Assembly (NCBI GenBank): GCA_014799765.1
Contig: JAAVHK010000136.1
Span: 1 to 60,328, forward strand
Length of the DNA stretch: 60,328 nucleotides
Direction of reading: 5' to 3'
From: Ruminococcus sp.
Lineage (GTDB): Bacteria > Bacillota > Clostridia > Oscillospirales > Ruminococcaceae
Made by a program: the position numbers and the translations under genes. A model generated the notes under the pieces. It was not told where the DNA came from and made no database searches. It saw only the letters and a program-made list of their open reading frames with translations. The number at the start of each line of letters is the position of its first letter. Position 1 is the stretch's first letter. Below are positions 49,315 to 58,634 of the stretch, piece after piece.

Positions 49315-49343
49315 ATTATATCACAAAGTTCCGGATTTGTCAA
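49315..49343 (-). promoter_or_regulatory. SigA promoter of ffs-dnaX
   Basis: Minus strand TTGACA-17 nt-TATAAT with TG extension. Confidence 0.8.
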
Positions 49344-49419
49344 GAGTTATTTTATAATTTTTCAGATTAAAAATTAAAATTATATTTCAGGATAAATTTT
49401 CCCGTTTTTAAACTTTATA

Positions 49420-49448
49420 TTGACAGCCGGTCTGTTATGTGTTATAAT
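49420..49448 (+). promoter_or_regulatory. SigA promoter of the GT2 gene
   Basis: TTGACA-17 nt-TATAAT with TG extension. Confidence 0.75.
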
Positions 49449-49482
49449 TGTATAAATAAAAAAAGAAAGGGTTATAAAAAAC

Positions 49483-50448
49483 ATGGATAAACCAGAAATT
49501 TTATATATGGTAGTTCCGTGCTACAATGAACAGGAAGTTCTGCACGAAACCGCTAAACAGTTAAAGGAAAAATATACAGCACTTATCAGTCAGAAACTCA
49601 TTTCCCCGAAAAGCCGTGTTGTATTTGTGAATGACGGCTCAAAAGATACTACATGGCAGATTATTCAGGAACTACACACAGAAAGTCCGGAATTTTTTTC
49701 GGGAATAAACCTCGCACATAACAGCGGACATCAGAATGCCGTTCTCGCCGGATTAATGACAGTAAAAGATATTTGTGATATGGCTATCACTATGGACGCC
49801 GATTTACAGGACGATATAAACACTATCGACGCTATGGTAAAGGAATACTATAACGGCAATCAGGTTGTATACGGTGTGAGAAGTGCAAGAAAAACTGATA
49901 CTTTTTTCAAGAGATTCACGGCGGAAAGTTTTTATAAATTCATGAAAGTAATGGGGGCAGATGTCGTATATAATCACGCCGATTTCCGTCTTATGAGCAG
50001 GAGAGTATTACAGGAACTTGCAAATTTCCGTGAAGTGAATCTGTTTCTGCGTGGTATGATTCCCACAATAGGATTCCAGAGTTGCAATGTTTACTATGAA
50101 CGTCATGAACGTTTCGCCGGTGAAAGTAAGTACCCGCTGAAAAAAATGCTTGCATTTGCGATAAACGGAATAACTTCATTCAGTACAAAACCGTTAAAAA
50201 TGATAACGTCATTAGGATTTATAATGTTTGTCATAAGTATAGTTGCGTTCATATGGAGTTTTATTGTAAAAGTTGCCGGATTGTCTATAGACGGCTGGTC
50301 AAGTACCATGTGTTCCGTATGGCTGATAGGCGGTTTACAGCTTCTGTGTCTGGGAATAATAGGCGAATACGTCGGCAAGATTTATGCAGAAGTTAAACAA
50401 CGTCCACGCTTCATAGTAGCCGATTTCATAAACAAGGAAGAAAATTAA
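49483..50448 (+). CDS. GT2 glycosyltransferase (GtrB/CsbB-like bactoprenol glycosyltransferase)
   Basis: VVPCYNE, NDGSKD, MDADLQD, DFRLMSR, two C-terminal TM helices, GEYVGKIY.EVK.RP. Confidence 0.92.
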   Translation: MDKPEILYMVVPCYNEQEVLHETAKQLKEKYTALISQKLISPKSRVVFVNDGSKDTTWQIIQELHTESPEFFSGINLAHNSGHQNAVLAGLMTVKDICDMAITMDADLQDDINTIDAMVKEYYNGNQVVYGVRSARKTDTFFKRFTAESFYKFMKVMGADVVYNHADFRLMSRRVLQELANFREVNLFLRGMIPTIGFQSCNVYYERHERFAGESKYPLKKMLAFAINGITSFSTKPLKMITSLGFIMFVISIVAFIWSFIVKVAGLSIDGWSSTMCSVWLIGGLQLLCLGIIGEYVGKIYAEVKQRPRFIVADFINKEEN

Positions 50449-50458
50449 CATACGAAAC

Positions 50459-50493
50459 AAAAAACCGGACATTCATTTCTGAACGTCCGGTTT
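50459..50493. terminator. Terminator hairpin between convergent genes
   Basis: AAACCGGACATTCA-TTTC-TGAACGTCCGGTTT (one mismatch, G-U on the minus strand) with flanking A-run. Confidence 0.75.
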
Positions 50494-50503
50494 GTAAGTA
50501 TGA

Positions 50504-51619
50504 TTATCTCATATAGGATTGTGGCAGACCGTTTTTCATTCTTTCGAGGCAAAGATTATAACGTTCGTCATAAGTTTCTACTACATAGTCGTCTTCGTCG
50601 TAAAAATATGCAGTCGGATATGCCCTATAAAACTTTGGTTTTGTGGCATACTGTCCCGATACACAGGCAAGTTCACCGTCATTTATCATTATGAAATAGT
50701 CAAAGCCGTCTTTTTTCTGATAACAGCTGTCAAGTGTGGTATCGAATGTATTTAAAAATTCGTCGGTAATGTTGTAATTTCTACTGCTGTCGGAACAGAT
50801 AATACAATTTTCCGGAATTTCCGTACCTGTTTCCGCCAGTCCGGACAGTACCGTTTCGGAGGCACTGTAAAGGCTTCTTAGTTCGTCCAATACAAATTCC
50901 TCTTCTGCATGATACATGTGTCCCATTGTAATAAAATCAAGTTTCCAGCCCTCGCCGTCAATATAGTATAGGGTGTATTCTGTATTTACAATTTTTTCAT
51001 ATTCGGGGTCTTCTGTACCGTCATTGAACTCACGGGATATTGTACAGTAGACAGTTACGGCTTTTTCTATATTGAAATATATATCAGGCATTTCATCTAT
51101 GGGTATAGATGTTGACATAAGTTCAGAAAGTTTATCTATATCGGGATTTTCCGTGCCGTTTTCCTCGATATATTCGTACAAAAGCTGATAACAACCGTAA
51201 TATATGTTAAAATATGGTATATATTCTTCTGATACTGGTTCTACGGAATCAATACTTATAAGACCTACGTCAACTGAATTGATAAAGTCTATAATGCCGT
51301 ATAAGGAAAAAAGGTCATTGTTATAAAGTACTCTTATTGTATCATAATATTTGTCCGGAAAGCATAACTCTATTACAGTATCACTGTTTTTGTTTTGGCA
51401 TTCAAGGAAATTTTCAATAACTTCCGCATATTCTTCCGAACCCTCCACGGAAGTTTTAGATATTTCTTCCGTTTCGGCTTCAGTGATTTCTTCTGTAGTT
51501 TCTTCTGAAACTGACGTTATGGAAGATTCGTCAGTAACTTCGTCTGCTATATCATTTCCGCACGATACGGACGTACACAACATAGCGGTCATAACAAGAA
51601 TGGCTGTAAACTTTTTCAT
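50504..51619 (-). CDS. Acidic hypothetical lipoprotein
   Basis: MKK-hydrophobic-SVSCG lipobox, E/T-rich linker. Confidence 0.75.
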   Translation of the reverse strand: MKKFTAILVMTAMLCTSVSCGNDIADEVTDESSITSVSEETTEEITEAETEEISKTSVEGSEEYAEVIENFLECQNKNSDTVIELCFPDKYYDTIRVLYNNDLFSLYGIIDFINSVDVGLISIDSVEPVSEEYIPYFNIYYGCYQLLYEYIEENGTENPDIDKLSELMSTSIPIDEMPDIYFNIEKAVTVYCTISREFNDGTEDPEYEKIVNTEYTLYYIDGEGWKLDFITMGHMYHAEEEFVLDELRSLYSASETVLSGLAETGTEIPENCIICSDSSRNYNITDEFLNTFDTTLDSCYQKKDGFDYFIMINDGELACVSGQYATKPKFYRAYPTAYFYDEDDYVVETYDERYNLCLERMKNGLPQSYMR

Positions 51620-51621
51620 AA

Positions 51622-52956
51622 TTAATCAACAACTGATTTTTTTGACTTCTTATATTTTGATTTCTGACCGAAATTCAGCGATATTGTAAGAATTTTGTCT
51701 GAGTTGAAAAGTCTGAGTGCAAAGAACATACATATTGCAAATATGACAGCCTGATATATTATACCGATATAGAACATTGTCATATTTCCGAACATAATGT
51801 TAGATATTCCGGAAAATGTATGTGTGAACGGTATGGCGTAAACGAGTATTTTTAATGCTGTCGGAAGTGTGTTTATATCGGTAAGCATTGATATCATATA
51901 CGGAATCATAGCAAGCATGACTATCGGCATTATAACCATCTGTGAAGATTTTGTATCATTTACCAACGCACCAAGCATTATTGATACGGAAAGACATATC
52001 ATTACAGTAAGGAATAACTGTATTCCGACAAGTACATAGTCGCTTACTGAAAGTGAAAGTCCTAACTGTTTTATAGCTTCGTCCGCCGAAAGAACGTCAC
52101 CGGCGATACCTGAAACTAAATCTTCAGTTTGTCCGGAGGCATTTTTTATAAATCCTGAAAATCCTAACATATATACACCGGCGTTTATCAATGCAACTAC
52201 CGCAGCCGCAAGCATTTTTGCAGTAATTATTGAAGAACGTGATACAGGTGCGGAAAGAAGAGTTTCAAGGGTCTTGTCTAACTTTTCATTGGATATCGAA
52301 CTTATAAGTGACTGTGATGTCATCATGATAAGTATGAATACTATGATAGGCAGTAACATATTCTGCATCATTATTTTGTTCATTATTGCTTCCGAAGAAA
52401 CATGGGCTGATTTATCTGCTACGACTGTATTTTCGTTAAGTATTATCGGATTTTCCATAAGTTCAAAGTCTTCAGGTGACATACCGTATTCCGTTGCTAT
52501 TTTGTTTGCTATGATGTTGTTGATAATTGCCAAAGCACCGGAAGAGCCGGTCGAAAGATTTGACATTGTAGAAGCGGAAGTCATGCGTGAAGCTGTAATA
52601 ATTTCCGGTTTCTGACCGTTTTCAATATCAGCGGTGAAACCAGCCGGAATAATTATAATATTTTTAATATCGTTTTCTTCGAGAATGGAAGCATAATTGT
52701 CACCGGAAACTTCAAACTCCGTGACTTCCGCACCGGCATTTTCAAGAGATTCTATAAGACTATTTGTAAAGTCTGTATTATCAAGGTCACTGATACTTAT
52801 TTTAGGGTTTGTACTGTCTTCAATAGCGTCATCTATTGCAACTTTGCTTGCCATTCCTGTTATGTACAGTATAGCGAGTATGGCGACAAGTCCTAAAATC
52901 ATCTGAGCGTTTATGAGTTCTTTGAGTTCTTTCTGAAGCAGGTTAATGAATTTCAT
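51622..52956 (-). CDS. ABC-2 type exporter permease (NatB/YhaP-like)
   Basis: KELKE, large extracellular loop, EKLDKTLETLLSAPVSR, IPFTH. Confidence 0.9.
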   Translation of the reverse strand: MKFINLLQKELKELINAQMILGLVAILAILYITGMASKVAIDDAIEDSTNPKISISDLDNTDFTNSLIESLENAGAEVTEFEVSGDNYASILEENDIKNIIIIPAGFTADIENGQKPEIITASRMTSASTMSNLSTGSSGALAIINNIIANKIATEYGMSPEDFELMENPIILNENTVVADKSAHVSSEAIMNKIMMQNMLLPIIVFILIMMTSQSLISSISNEKLDKTLETLLSAPVSRSSIITAKMLAAAVVALINAGVYMLGFSGFIKNASGQTEDLVSGIAGDVLSADEAIKQLGLSLSVSDYVLVGIQLFLTVMICLSVSIMLGALVNDTKSSQMVIMPIVMLAMIPYMISMLTDINTLPTALKILVYAIPFTHTFSGISNIMFGNMTMFYIGIIYQAVIFAICMFFALRLFNSDKILTISLNFGQKSKYKKSKKSVVD

Positions 52957-53683
52957 TCTCAATTACCACCCTTTCAAATACTTCTTCGAGGTTTTCGGCG
53001 TTGTAACGTTGTTTGAGTTCCTCACCTGTGCCGGTAACCATGAGATGTCCTTTTGCGATAATACCCACACGGTCAGAAACGAACTCTATTTCAAGCATAT
53101 TATGCGACGATAACAGAAATGACATACCTTCTTCACGAGCCAGTTTTTTAATCATTTTGCGGATTTCAATAGCGTTCAGAACGTCAAGACCGCTTGTAGG
53201 TTCGTCGAGTATGGCAAGTTTCGGACGTGTCATTACTGCCCTTGAAAGAAGTAGTTTTCTAATCATGCCACGGCTGTAACTGCCTATTTTGTCGTTAAGT
53301 CTTTCACCGAGACCGCATATATTTTTAGCACGGTTTACACAGTCTATAATCTGTTTCGGGTCTGTACAGAAAAGCCCGGCCATGAATTTAAGATAATTAA
53401 TACCGGTCATATTCTTGTAAGCTCCTGCTTCGTCGGGTAGATAAGTTATACATTGACGGACTTTTTCGGGTTCTTTGTTGATACTGTAACCGTTTATGAC
53501 GGCATCGCCGGACGTGGCTTTCAGAAGCGTGGAAATCATTCTTATAGTAGTCGTTTTGCCTGCTCCGTTAGGACCTATAAGAGCGAATATTTCACCTTTG
53601 CCGATTTCAAACGATACGTTATCAACCGCCAGCACTTTGGTGTACTGTTTTGTAAGTCCGGTTACTTCAAGGACTTTTTCCAT
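52943..53683 (-). CDS. ABC exporter ATP-binding protein
   Basis: GPNGAGKTT, YSRGM, LDEPTSGLD, SSH. Confidence 0.93.
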   Translation of the reverse strand: MEKVLEVTGLTKQYTKVLAVDNVSFEIGKGEIFALIGPNGAGKTTTIRMISTLLKATSGDAVINGYSINKEPEKVRQCITYLPDEAGAYKNMTGINYLKFMAGLFCTDPKQIIDCVNRAKNICGLGERLNDKIGSYSRGMIRKLLLSRAVMTRPKLAILDEPTSGLDVLNAIEIRKMIKKLAREEGMSFLLSSHNMLEIEFVSDRVGIIAKGHLMVTGTGEELKQRYNAENLEEVFERVVIENEIH

Positions 53684-53729
53684 AAATTGTTACTCCTTTT
53701 AGAAAATATTATCACAATGTGATATTAAA

Positions 53730-53758
53730 ATTATATCATAAAGGTTTCATTTTGTCAA
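53730..53758 (-). promoter_or_regulatory. SigA promoter of the ABC exporter operon
   Basis: Minus strand TTGACA-17 nt-TATAAT with TG extension; palindrome TATCACA-A-TGTGATA at 53710-53724 near +1. Confidence 0.75.
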
Positions 53759-53987
53759 TAGTTGTATCAGATTGTACAATATGTCAGTAAAGGATTTGAG
53801 ATTTATTATATAAGTTGTTGATAATGCATAATTAGTAATATTCCGGAAATATTACTGTCATATAATCAGTTAAAACATTATATTAATATCGGACTGAAAA
53901 TTTTATTTTATAACAAAAGTTTGTTAAAAATACCGGAAAAATATTTGTTATGGCTTGTATAACTGTATCAATGCACAAATCCGTATA

Positions 53988-54033
53988 ACAAAAAACAACC
54001 GTCAGAGCGAATCATAACGACGTTTTTTTGTTT
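53988..54033 (-). terminator. Terminator downstream of the micro-ORF pair
   Basis: Minus-strand RNA GUCGUUA...UGACGGU stem (G-U pairs form only on this strand) followed by a U-run. Confidence 0.55.
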
Positions 54034-54044
54034 AGTGTTTCATA

Positions 54045-54113
54045 TCAGTCAAGGAAGGATAATAAAATAGCTCCTACTCCTGATGCTGCACCAATAGCGA
54101 TAAGTACTCCCAT
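54045..54113 (-). CDS. 22-aa hydrophobic micro-peptide MGVLIAIGAASGVGAILLSFLD
   Basis: AAAGGAGG RBS 9 nt before ATG, TGA stop; below the ORF-track cutoff. Confidence 0.6.
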   Translation of the reverse strand: MGVLIAIGAASGVGAILLSFLD

Positions 54114-54166
54114 TTTGTATAGCCTCCTTTCGTATCAATTGTATCAATACGCCTGTAAAGCGTATT

Positions 54167-54232
54167 TTAACTTAGTATGGACGGCAAGTAAAAAGCCGTT
54201 AAGGGCATAGCGAAAATCAGTAATTTTATCAT
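54167..54232 (-). CDS. 21-aa hydrophobic micro-peptide MIKLLIFAMPLTAFYLPSILS
   Basis: AGGAG RBS 8 nt before ATG, TAA stop; below the ORF-track cutoff. Confidence 0.55.
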   Translation of the reverse strand: MIKLLIFAMPLTAFYLPSILS

Positions 54233-54299
54233 TTTATAAACTCCTGTTTTGAAAAAAATATACAACTTCTACATTATTATACAAATTTCGACAATTTTC

Positions 54300-54401
54300 T
54301 TGCAGAAATGCCGGATTTATGCTATAATATATAGTTAAGCTGTAATATTTTTTTGTTTTCTGTCTATAATTATATTATACTCATTTTTATGAATTTGTCA
54401 A
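54300..54401. promoter_or_regulatory. Face-to-face SigA promoters
   Basis: Plus strand TTGCAG(54300)-18 nt-TATAAT(54324-29) with TG extension; minus strand TTGACA(54401-396)-16 nt-TATAAT(54379-74). Confidence 0.55.
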
Positions 54402-54461
54402 GAGAAAATTATTCATTTTCATAAGTTTGTAGAATGTTTACAAAATACGGAGGTGATATTT

Positions 54462-54791
54462 ATGAATTTTTACGAAAGATTACGTGGAATTTGTAAGGAA
54501 AACGGAACAACCGTAACCAATATGCTGAGCAGATTAGGTATAGCCACCGGAAGTACTGGTAACTGGAAAAAAGGAAGTCTGCCGAATGGTGACATTCTTA
54601 TTAAAATTGCCGACTATCTTAATACTTCGATTGATTATATACTTCTGGGCGAATATCGTAGCGACATAAGCAAGGACGAAAAAAAACTTGTGGAACTTTA
54701 CAGACTTACTCCGGAACGGGCTAAATATAAGGTCTTGTGCGATATGGAAAATATCGTACAGGAAGAAATAAAAAAATTTTCAGCTGAATAA
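54462..54791 (+). CDS. XRE-family (phage-repressor-like) HTH regulator
   Basis: FYERL..IC...G, GNWKKGSLP, LIKIADYLNTSIDYILLG; GGAGGTG RBS. Confidence 0.88.
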   Translation: MNFYERLRGICKENGTTVTNMLSRLGIATGSTGNWKKGSLPNGDILIKIADYLNTSIDYILLGEYRSDISKDEKKLVELYRLTPERAKYKVLCDMENIVQEEIKKFSAE

Positions 54792-54798
54792 TCTTACG

Positions 54799-54827
54799 GA
54801 CGGTTTTTTAATAAACCGTCTTTTTTT
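54799..54827 (+). terminator. Rho-independent terminator
   Basis: GACGGTTT-6 nt-AAACCGTC plus T-run. Confidence 0.8.
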
Positions 54828-54828
54828 C

Positions 54829-54857
54829 TTGACAGTCTGTTAAAAAGTTGATATAAT
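54829..54857 (+). promoter_or_regulatory. SigA promoter of the carbohydrate ABC operon
   Basis: TTGACA-17 nt-TATAAT with TG extension. Confidence 0.8.
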
Positions 54858-54887
54858 TATTTTAAAAAAATATCGGGTGATAATGTC

Positions 54888-57728
54888 TTGAAAAATAAAT
54901 TTCTGTCCAGAGTTATAATATTTATCTTTATTGTTTTTTGTATCCGGACTGAATTTCCGGTATATTCCGCCGGACTTCTTTATGATGCATACTATCCCAT
55001 TCAGGAAAACAACACTGAAATTTCATACAGCAGATATTACGATACTTACTGTGGTGAAAACCGTCCGGAGTGTGTCATTGAAGTTTCCGGAAGCGATTAC
55101 GTTTCAGCGGAAAACGATAAATTTTCGGTACGTGAAAATGTTCTTGTATGGGAAAGTTCTTCCGGTGAGGTATCGTATGATGTGGACGTTCAGGAAACCG
55201 GCATTTACTGTATGAATATTACGTATCTGCCATTGAAGTCGGAAACATCTTCAATAGAATTTTCGCTTTTAATAGATGGTGAAATCCCATATGATACAGC
55301 ATCACGGATAACCCTGAATAAAACATGGGTCAGTGAAAAGGAAATTTTCACGGATTCGCACGGAAATCAGATACGTTCCGGACAGATACAGAAAGAAATG
55401 TGGAAAAATTCCTATATTATGGACGTTGACGGACTTTTCAGCGAACCTCTTATATTTTATCTTGAAAAGGGTCATCATGAAATAAAATTCTCTTCGGAAC
55501 GTGCCTGTTTCGGGATTGAAAAATTCAGTTTCTGTAATCCGGAAAAACTTCCGGTTTACAAGGAATATATTTCCGGAGCTGATATTGACACCACACCTGA
55601 AAATATTTTCCGGATTGAAGCGGAAAACGCTGTCTATAAATCAGACCGCACTTTATATCCGACTTGTGACAATTCGCATTATAACGTTTCACCGGCTGAT
55701 CCTGTTAAAATTCTGTACAATACTTTCGGTGACGGTAACTGGAAAAAACCTCTTCAGTCTGCAACGTGGACTATCCCACAACAAGATATAAAATATGACG
55801 GCTGGTATAAAATCGGCATAAAGTACCGTCAGAACGAAATGCGGGGGTTTGCGTCAAACCGCCGTCTGTATATTGACGATAAAGTACCATGTCAGGAACT
55901 GAATGACATTAAATTCAATTACAGTAAAAAATGGGAAATTATTACACCGTCGGCGGATAACGAAAACATTTATATATATCTCACAGCAGACCGTGACCAC
56001 ACTATAACACTTGAATGTACTACCGGTGAAATCGGTGAATATATCCGGCATCTGAACGATATTCTTTCTGAAATAAATGACTGTTACAGAAAAATCCTCA
56101 TGATTACCGGTACTTCTCCGGATAAGTATACGGATTATTATGTACATGAAAAAATTCCCAATTTACTGGAAAATTTTCAGCGAATATCTTCGGAACTTAA
56201 AGAAATTCAGTCCGGAATCGAAAAAATTTCCGGCAGTAAAGGTTCGGAAGCATATGTTATAGAAAATATGACCGTAATTCTTGACAAATGCATAGAAAAA
56301 CCGCTTAAAATTCCGGAATACCTCACACAGATAAAGTCAGATATAATATCACTTTCGGGATGGTCACTTGAATGCAGAAATCAGCCACTTGAAATAGATT
56401 ACATAGAGTTTGCCACATATGGCGTTGAATTTCCGTCCTGTAAGGAAAATTTCTTCAAAAAGATATGGTTTGCAATACGTTCATTTTTCGGGTCATTTTC
56501 TGAGGATTATTCCTTATTGTCGGACGTTTCCGGAGAAGATGTCATTGAAGTATGGGTAAATTCCGGACGTGAACAGGCAGAAATTGTCATGGAACTTTCG
56601 GAAAATTTCACTGAAAAAACCGGAATACCGGTAGCGGTAAATCTCGTGACCGGCGGAATAGCAGAGGCATCACTTGCCGGAAAATCTCCGGATATAGCCT
56701 TATTTACCGGCGGTGAATATCCGGTCAATCTTGCTATGCGTGGATTGCTTACGGACGTATCACAGTTTGACGACTATCAGAAAATTACCGGACGTTTTCA
56801 GGAAAATGCAATGACACATTACCAATACAACGGCGGAGTTTACGGAATCCCGATAACTCAGAATTTTCCGTTGCTTTTCTACCGTACTGATATTTTAAAG
56901 GAACTCGGTTATACCACACCGCCGGAAACGTGGGATAATTTAATTGATATGTTACCGGCACTTCAGCGGAAATATATGTCTGCCGGACTTGTTCTGCCGT
57001 CAACAGATGTTTCGCCCTCCACGGAAACCGGAAACACATTCGCATTGTTGATGTTGCAGAGAGGTATTAATTATTATAATCCGAATCTTGACAGGTCAGA
57101 ATTTGATACAGTCGGGGCTACCGAAGCTTTTGAAATGTGGACTGATTTCTATACAGAATACAGTTTTGAACAGTCATATGATGTGTTTAACAGATTCCGT
57201 ACCGGTGAATATCCTCTTGTAATAGCCGACTGTTCATTTTACGGACAGCTTACGGACGTTGCACCGGAATTAAAAAATTCATGGAATTTCTGTCCGGTAC
57301 CGGCGACTGTCATAAACGGCGAAGTCAGACATACTGCTAATTCTGACGTATCGGGAGCAGTTATTTTCAGCGATACGGAAAATTTAAACTCCGCATGGAA
57401 ATATGTGAAATGGTTTACAGAAACGGAAACTCAGATTGATTTATGCAGTCAGACGGAAAGTTTATTCGGTACTATGGGCAGACTTTATACCGCAAATACA
57501 GAAGCTCTTGAAAAATTATCGTGGTCAGCCGACGAACTTTCAAGGATTTCCGCACAGCGTGACGAACTGGAAGAAATTCCGATAATACCGGCTTCCTATT
57601 CCGTGACAAGAAATATAATGTATGCATTCCGTGAAGTCGTCAATAATAACGCAAATCCACGTGATACTATTTTATGGTACAATAATGACATCAATGACGA
57701 GATTTTACGGAAAAATACCCGTAAATGA
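54888..57728 (+). CDS. Large (946 aa) extracellular carbohydrate solute-binding protein
   Basis: Signal peptide; N-terminal beta-sandwich-like regions; C-terminal SBP_bac_1-type domain (PDIAL, YGIP, LFYRTDIL.ELG..PPETWD, AWKYVKW). Confidence 0.85.
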   Translation: MKNKFLSRVIIFIFIVFCIRTEFPVYSAGLLYDAYYPIQENNTEISYSRYYDTYCGENRPECVIEVSGSDYVSAENDKFSVRENVLVWESSSGEVSYDVDVQETGIYCMNITYLPLKSETSSIEFSLLIDGEIPYDTASRITLNKTWVSEKEIFTDSHGNQIRSGQIQKEMWKNSYIMDVDGLFSEPLIFYLEKGHHEIKFSSERACFGIEKFSFCNPEKLPVYKEYISGADIDTTPENIFRIEAENAVYKSDRTLYPTCDNSHYNVSPADPVKILYNTFGDGNWKKPLQSATWTIPQQDIKYDGWYKIGIKYRQNEMRGFASNRRLYIDDKVPCQELNDIKFNYSKKWEIITPSADNENIYIYLTADRDHTITLECTTGEIGEYIRHLNDILSEINDCYRKILMITGTSPDKYTDYYVHEKIPNLLENFQRISSELKEIQSGIEKISGSKGSEAYVIENMTVILDKCIEKPLKIPEYLTQIKSDIISLSGWSLECRNQPLEIDYIEFATYGVEFPSCKENFFKKIWFAIRSFFGSFSEDYSLLSDVSGEDVIEVWVNSGREQAEIVMELSENFTEKTGIPVAVNLVTGGIAEASLAGKSPDIALFTGGEYPVNLAMRGLLTDVSQFDDYQKITGRFQENAMTHYQYNGGVYGIPITQNFPLLFYRTDILKELGYTTPPETWDNLIDMLPALQRKYMSAGLVLPSTDVSPSTETGNTFALLMLQRGINYYNPNLDRSEFDTVGATEAFEMWTDFYTEYSFEQSYDVFNRFRTGEYPLVIADCSFYGQLTDVAPELKNSWNFCPVPATVINGEVRHTANSDVSGAVIFSDTENLNSAWKYVKWFTETETQIDLCSQTESLFGTMGRLYTANTEALEKLSWSADELSRISAQRDELEEIPIIPASYSVTRNIMYAFREVVNNNANPRDTILWYNNDINDEILRKNTRK

Positions 57729-57739
57729 GGTGATTTATT

Positions 57740-58633
57740 TTGTTCAGGAAAATCCGGCAGGAATTTAAGAAAAATATGGATTGTTATTTAATGCTTATGC
57801 CGTTCATGATATTGTTTGTGGTGTTCACGGTCATACCGGTTTTAATGTCCGTACCGGTCAGCTTTACGGATTTCAACATCATTCAGACACCGAAATTTAC
57901 AGGACTTTCAAATTATACGGCATTGTTTTTATCGGATAAAATTTTCATGAAGTCTGTCCGGATAACACTTGTATTTGCGTTTTTCAGCGGACTTGTCAGT
58001 TACGTGATATGTTTTATAATCGCATGGCTTATAGACAGTATGCCACACAGAATCGGGAATTTTTTCACGGTAATATTTTACATACCGTCAATGGCGAACG
58101 TATACAGCGTATGGAGAATTATTTTCAGCGGTGACATGAACGGTTATATAAATTCGCTTTTAATAAGTATCGGAATTATTACATCTCCGATACAGTGGCT
58201 TACGGACGGACGATATATTCTGTTTACTGCGGTTATAGTACAGATGTGGCTTTCACTGGGAGCAGGTTTTCTGGCAATGCGAGCCGGTCTGCGAGGTATA
58301 GACCGTACAATGTACGAGGTAGGAGCGGTAGAGGGTATAAGTAACAGATTTCAGGAGTTAATATATATAACAATACCGTCCATGAAACCGCATCTTATGT
58401 TTGCCGGAGTTATGCAGATAGTCAGTTCATTTACTGCCGGAACGGTCATACAGAATATAGTAGGCTTTCCGAGTACCGACTATAACGCCCATACGATAAT
58501 GACACACGCCTATGATTATGGGTGGGTACGCTATGAAATGGGTTATGCGTCGGCGATATGCATGATATTATTTTCAGTAATGTATTTTGTCAACCGGATT
58601 ATCGAAAAAATTTCAGGAAAGGATACTGATTGA
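57740..58633 (+). CDS. Carbohydrate ABC permease (MalF-like)
   Basis: SFTDFN, GLSNY, EAA-loop variant YEVGAVEG, MGYASA. Confidence 0.92.
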   Translation: MFRKIRQEFKKNMDCYLMLMPFMILFVVFTVIPVLMSVPVSFTDFNIIQTPKFTGLSNYTALFLSDKIFMKSVRITLVFAFFSGLVSYVICFIIAWLIDSMPHRIGNFFTVIFYIPSMANVYSVWRIIFSGDMNGYINSLLISIGIITSPIQWLTDGRYILFTAVIVQMWLSLGAGFLAMRAGLRGIDRTMYEVGAVEGISNRFQELIYITIPSMKPHLMFAGVMQIVSSFTAGTVIQNIVGFPSTDYNAHTIMTHAYDYGWVRYEMGYASAICMILFSVMYFVNRIIEKISGKDTD

Positions 58634-58634
58634 A

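Noticed and set aside
49162-49377. 71-aa plus-strand ORF
   Set aside because: Antisense to the SRP RNA and its promoter.
54028-54210. 60-aa plus-strand ORF
   Set aside because: No RBS; antisense shadow of the two RBS-supported micro-ORFs.
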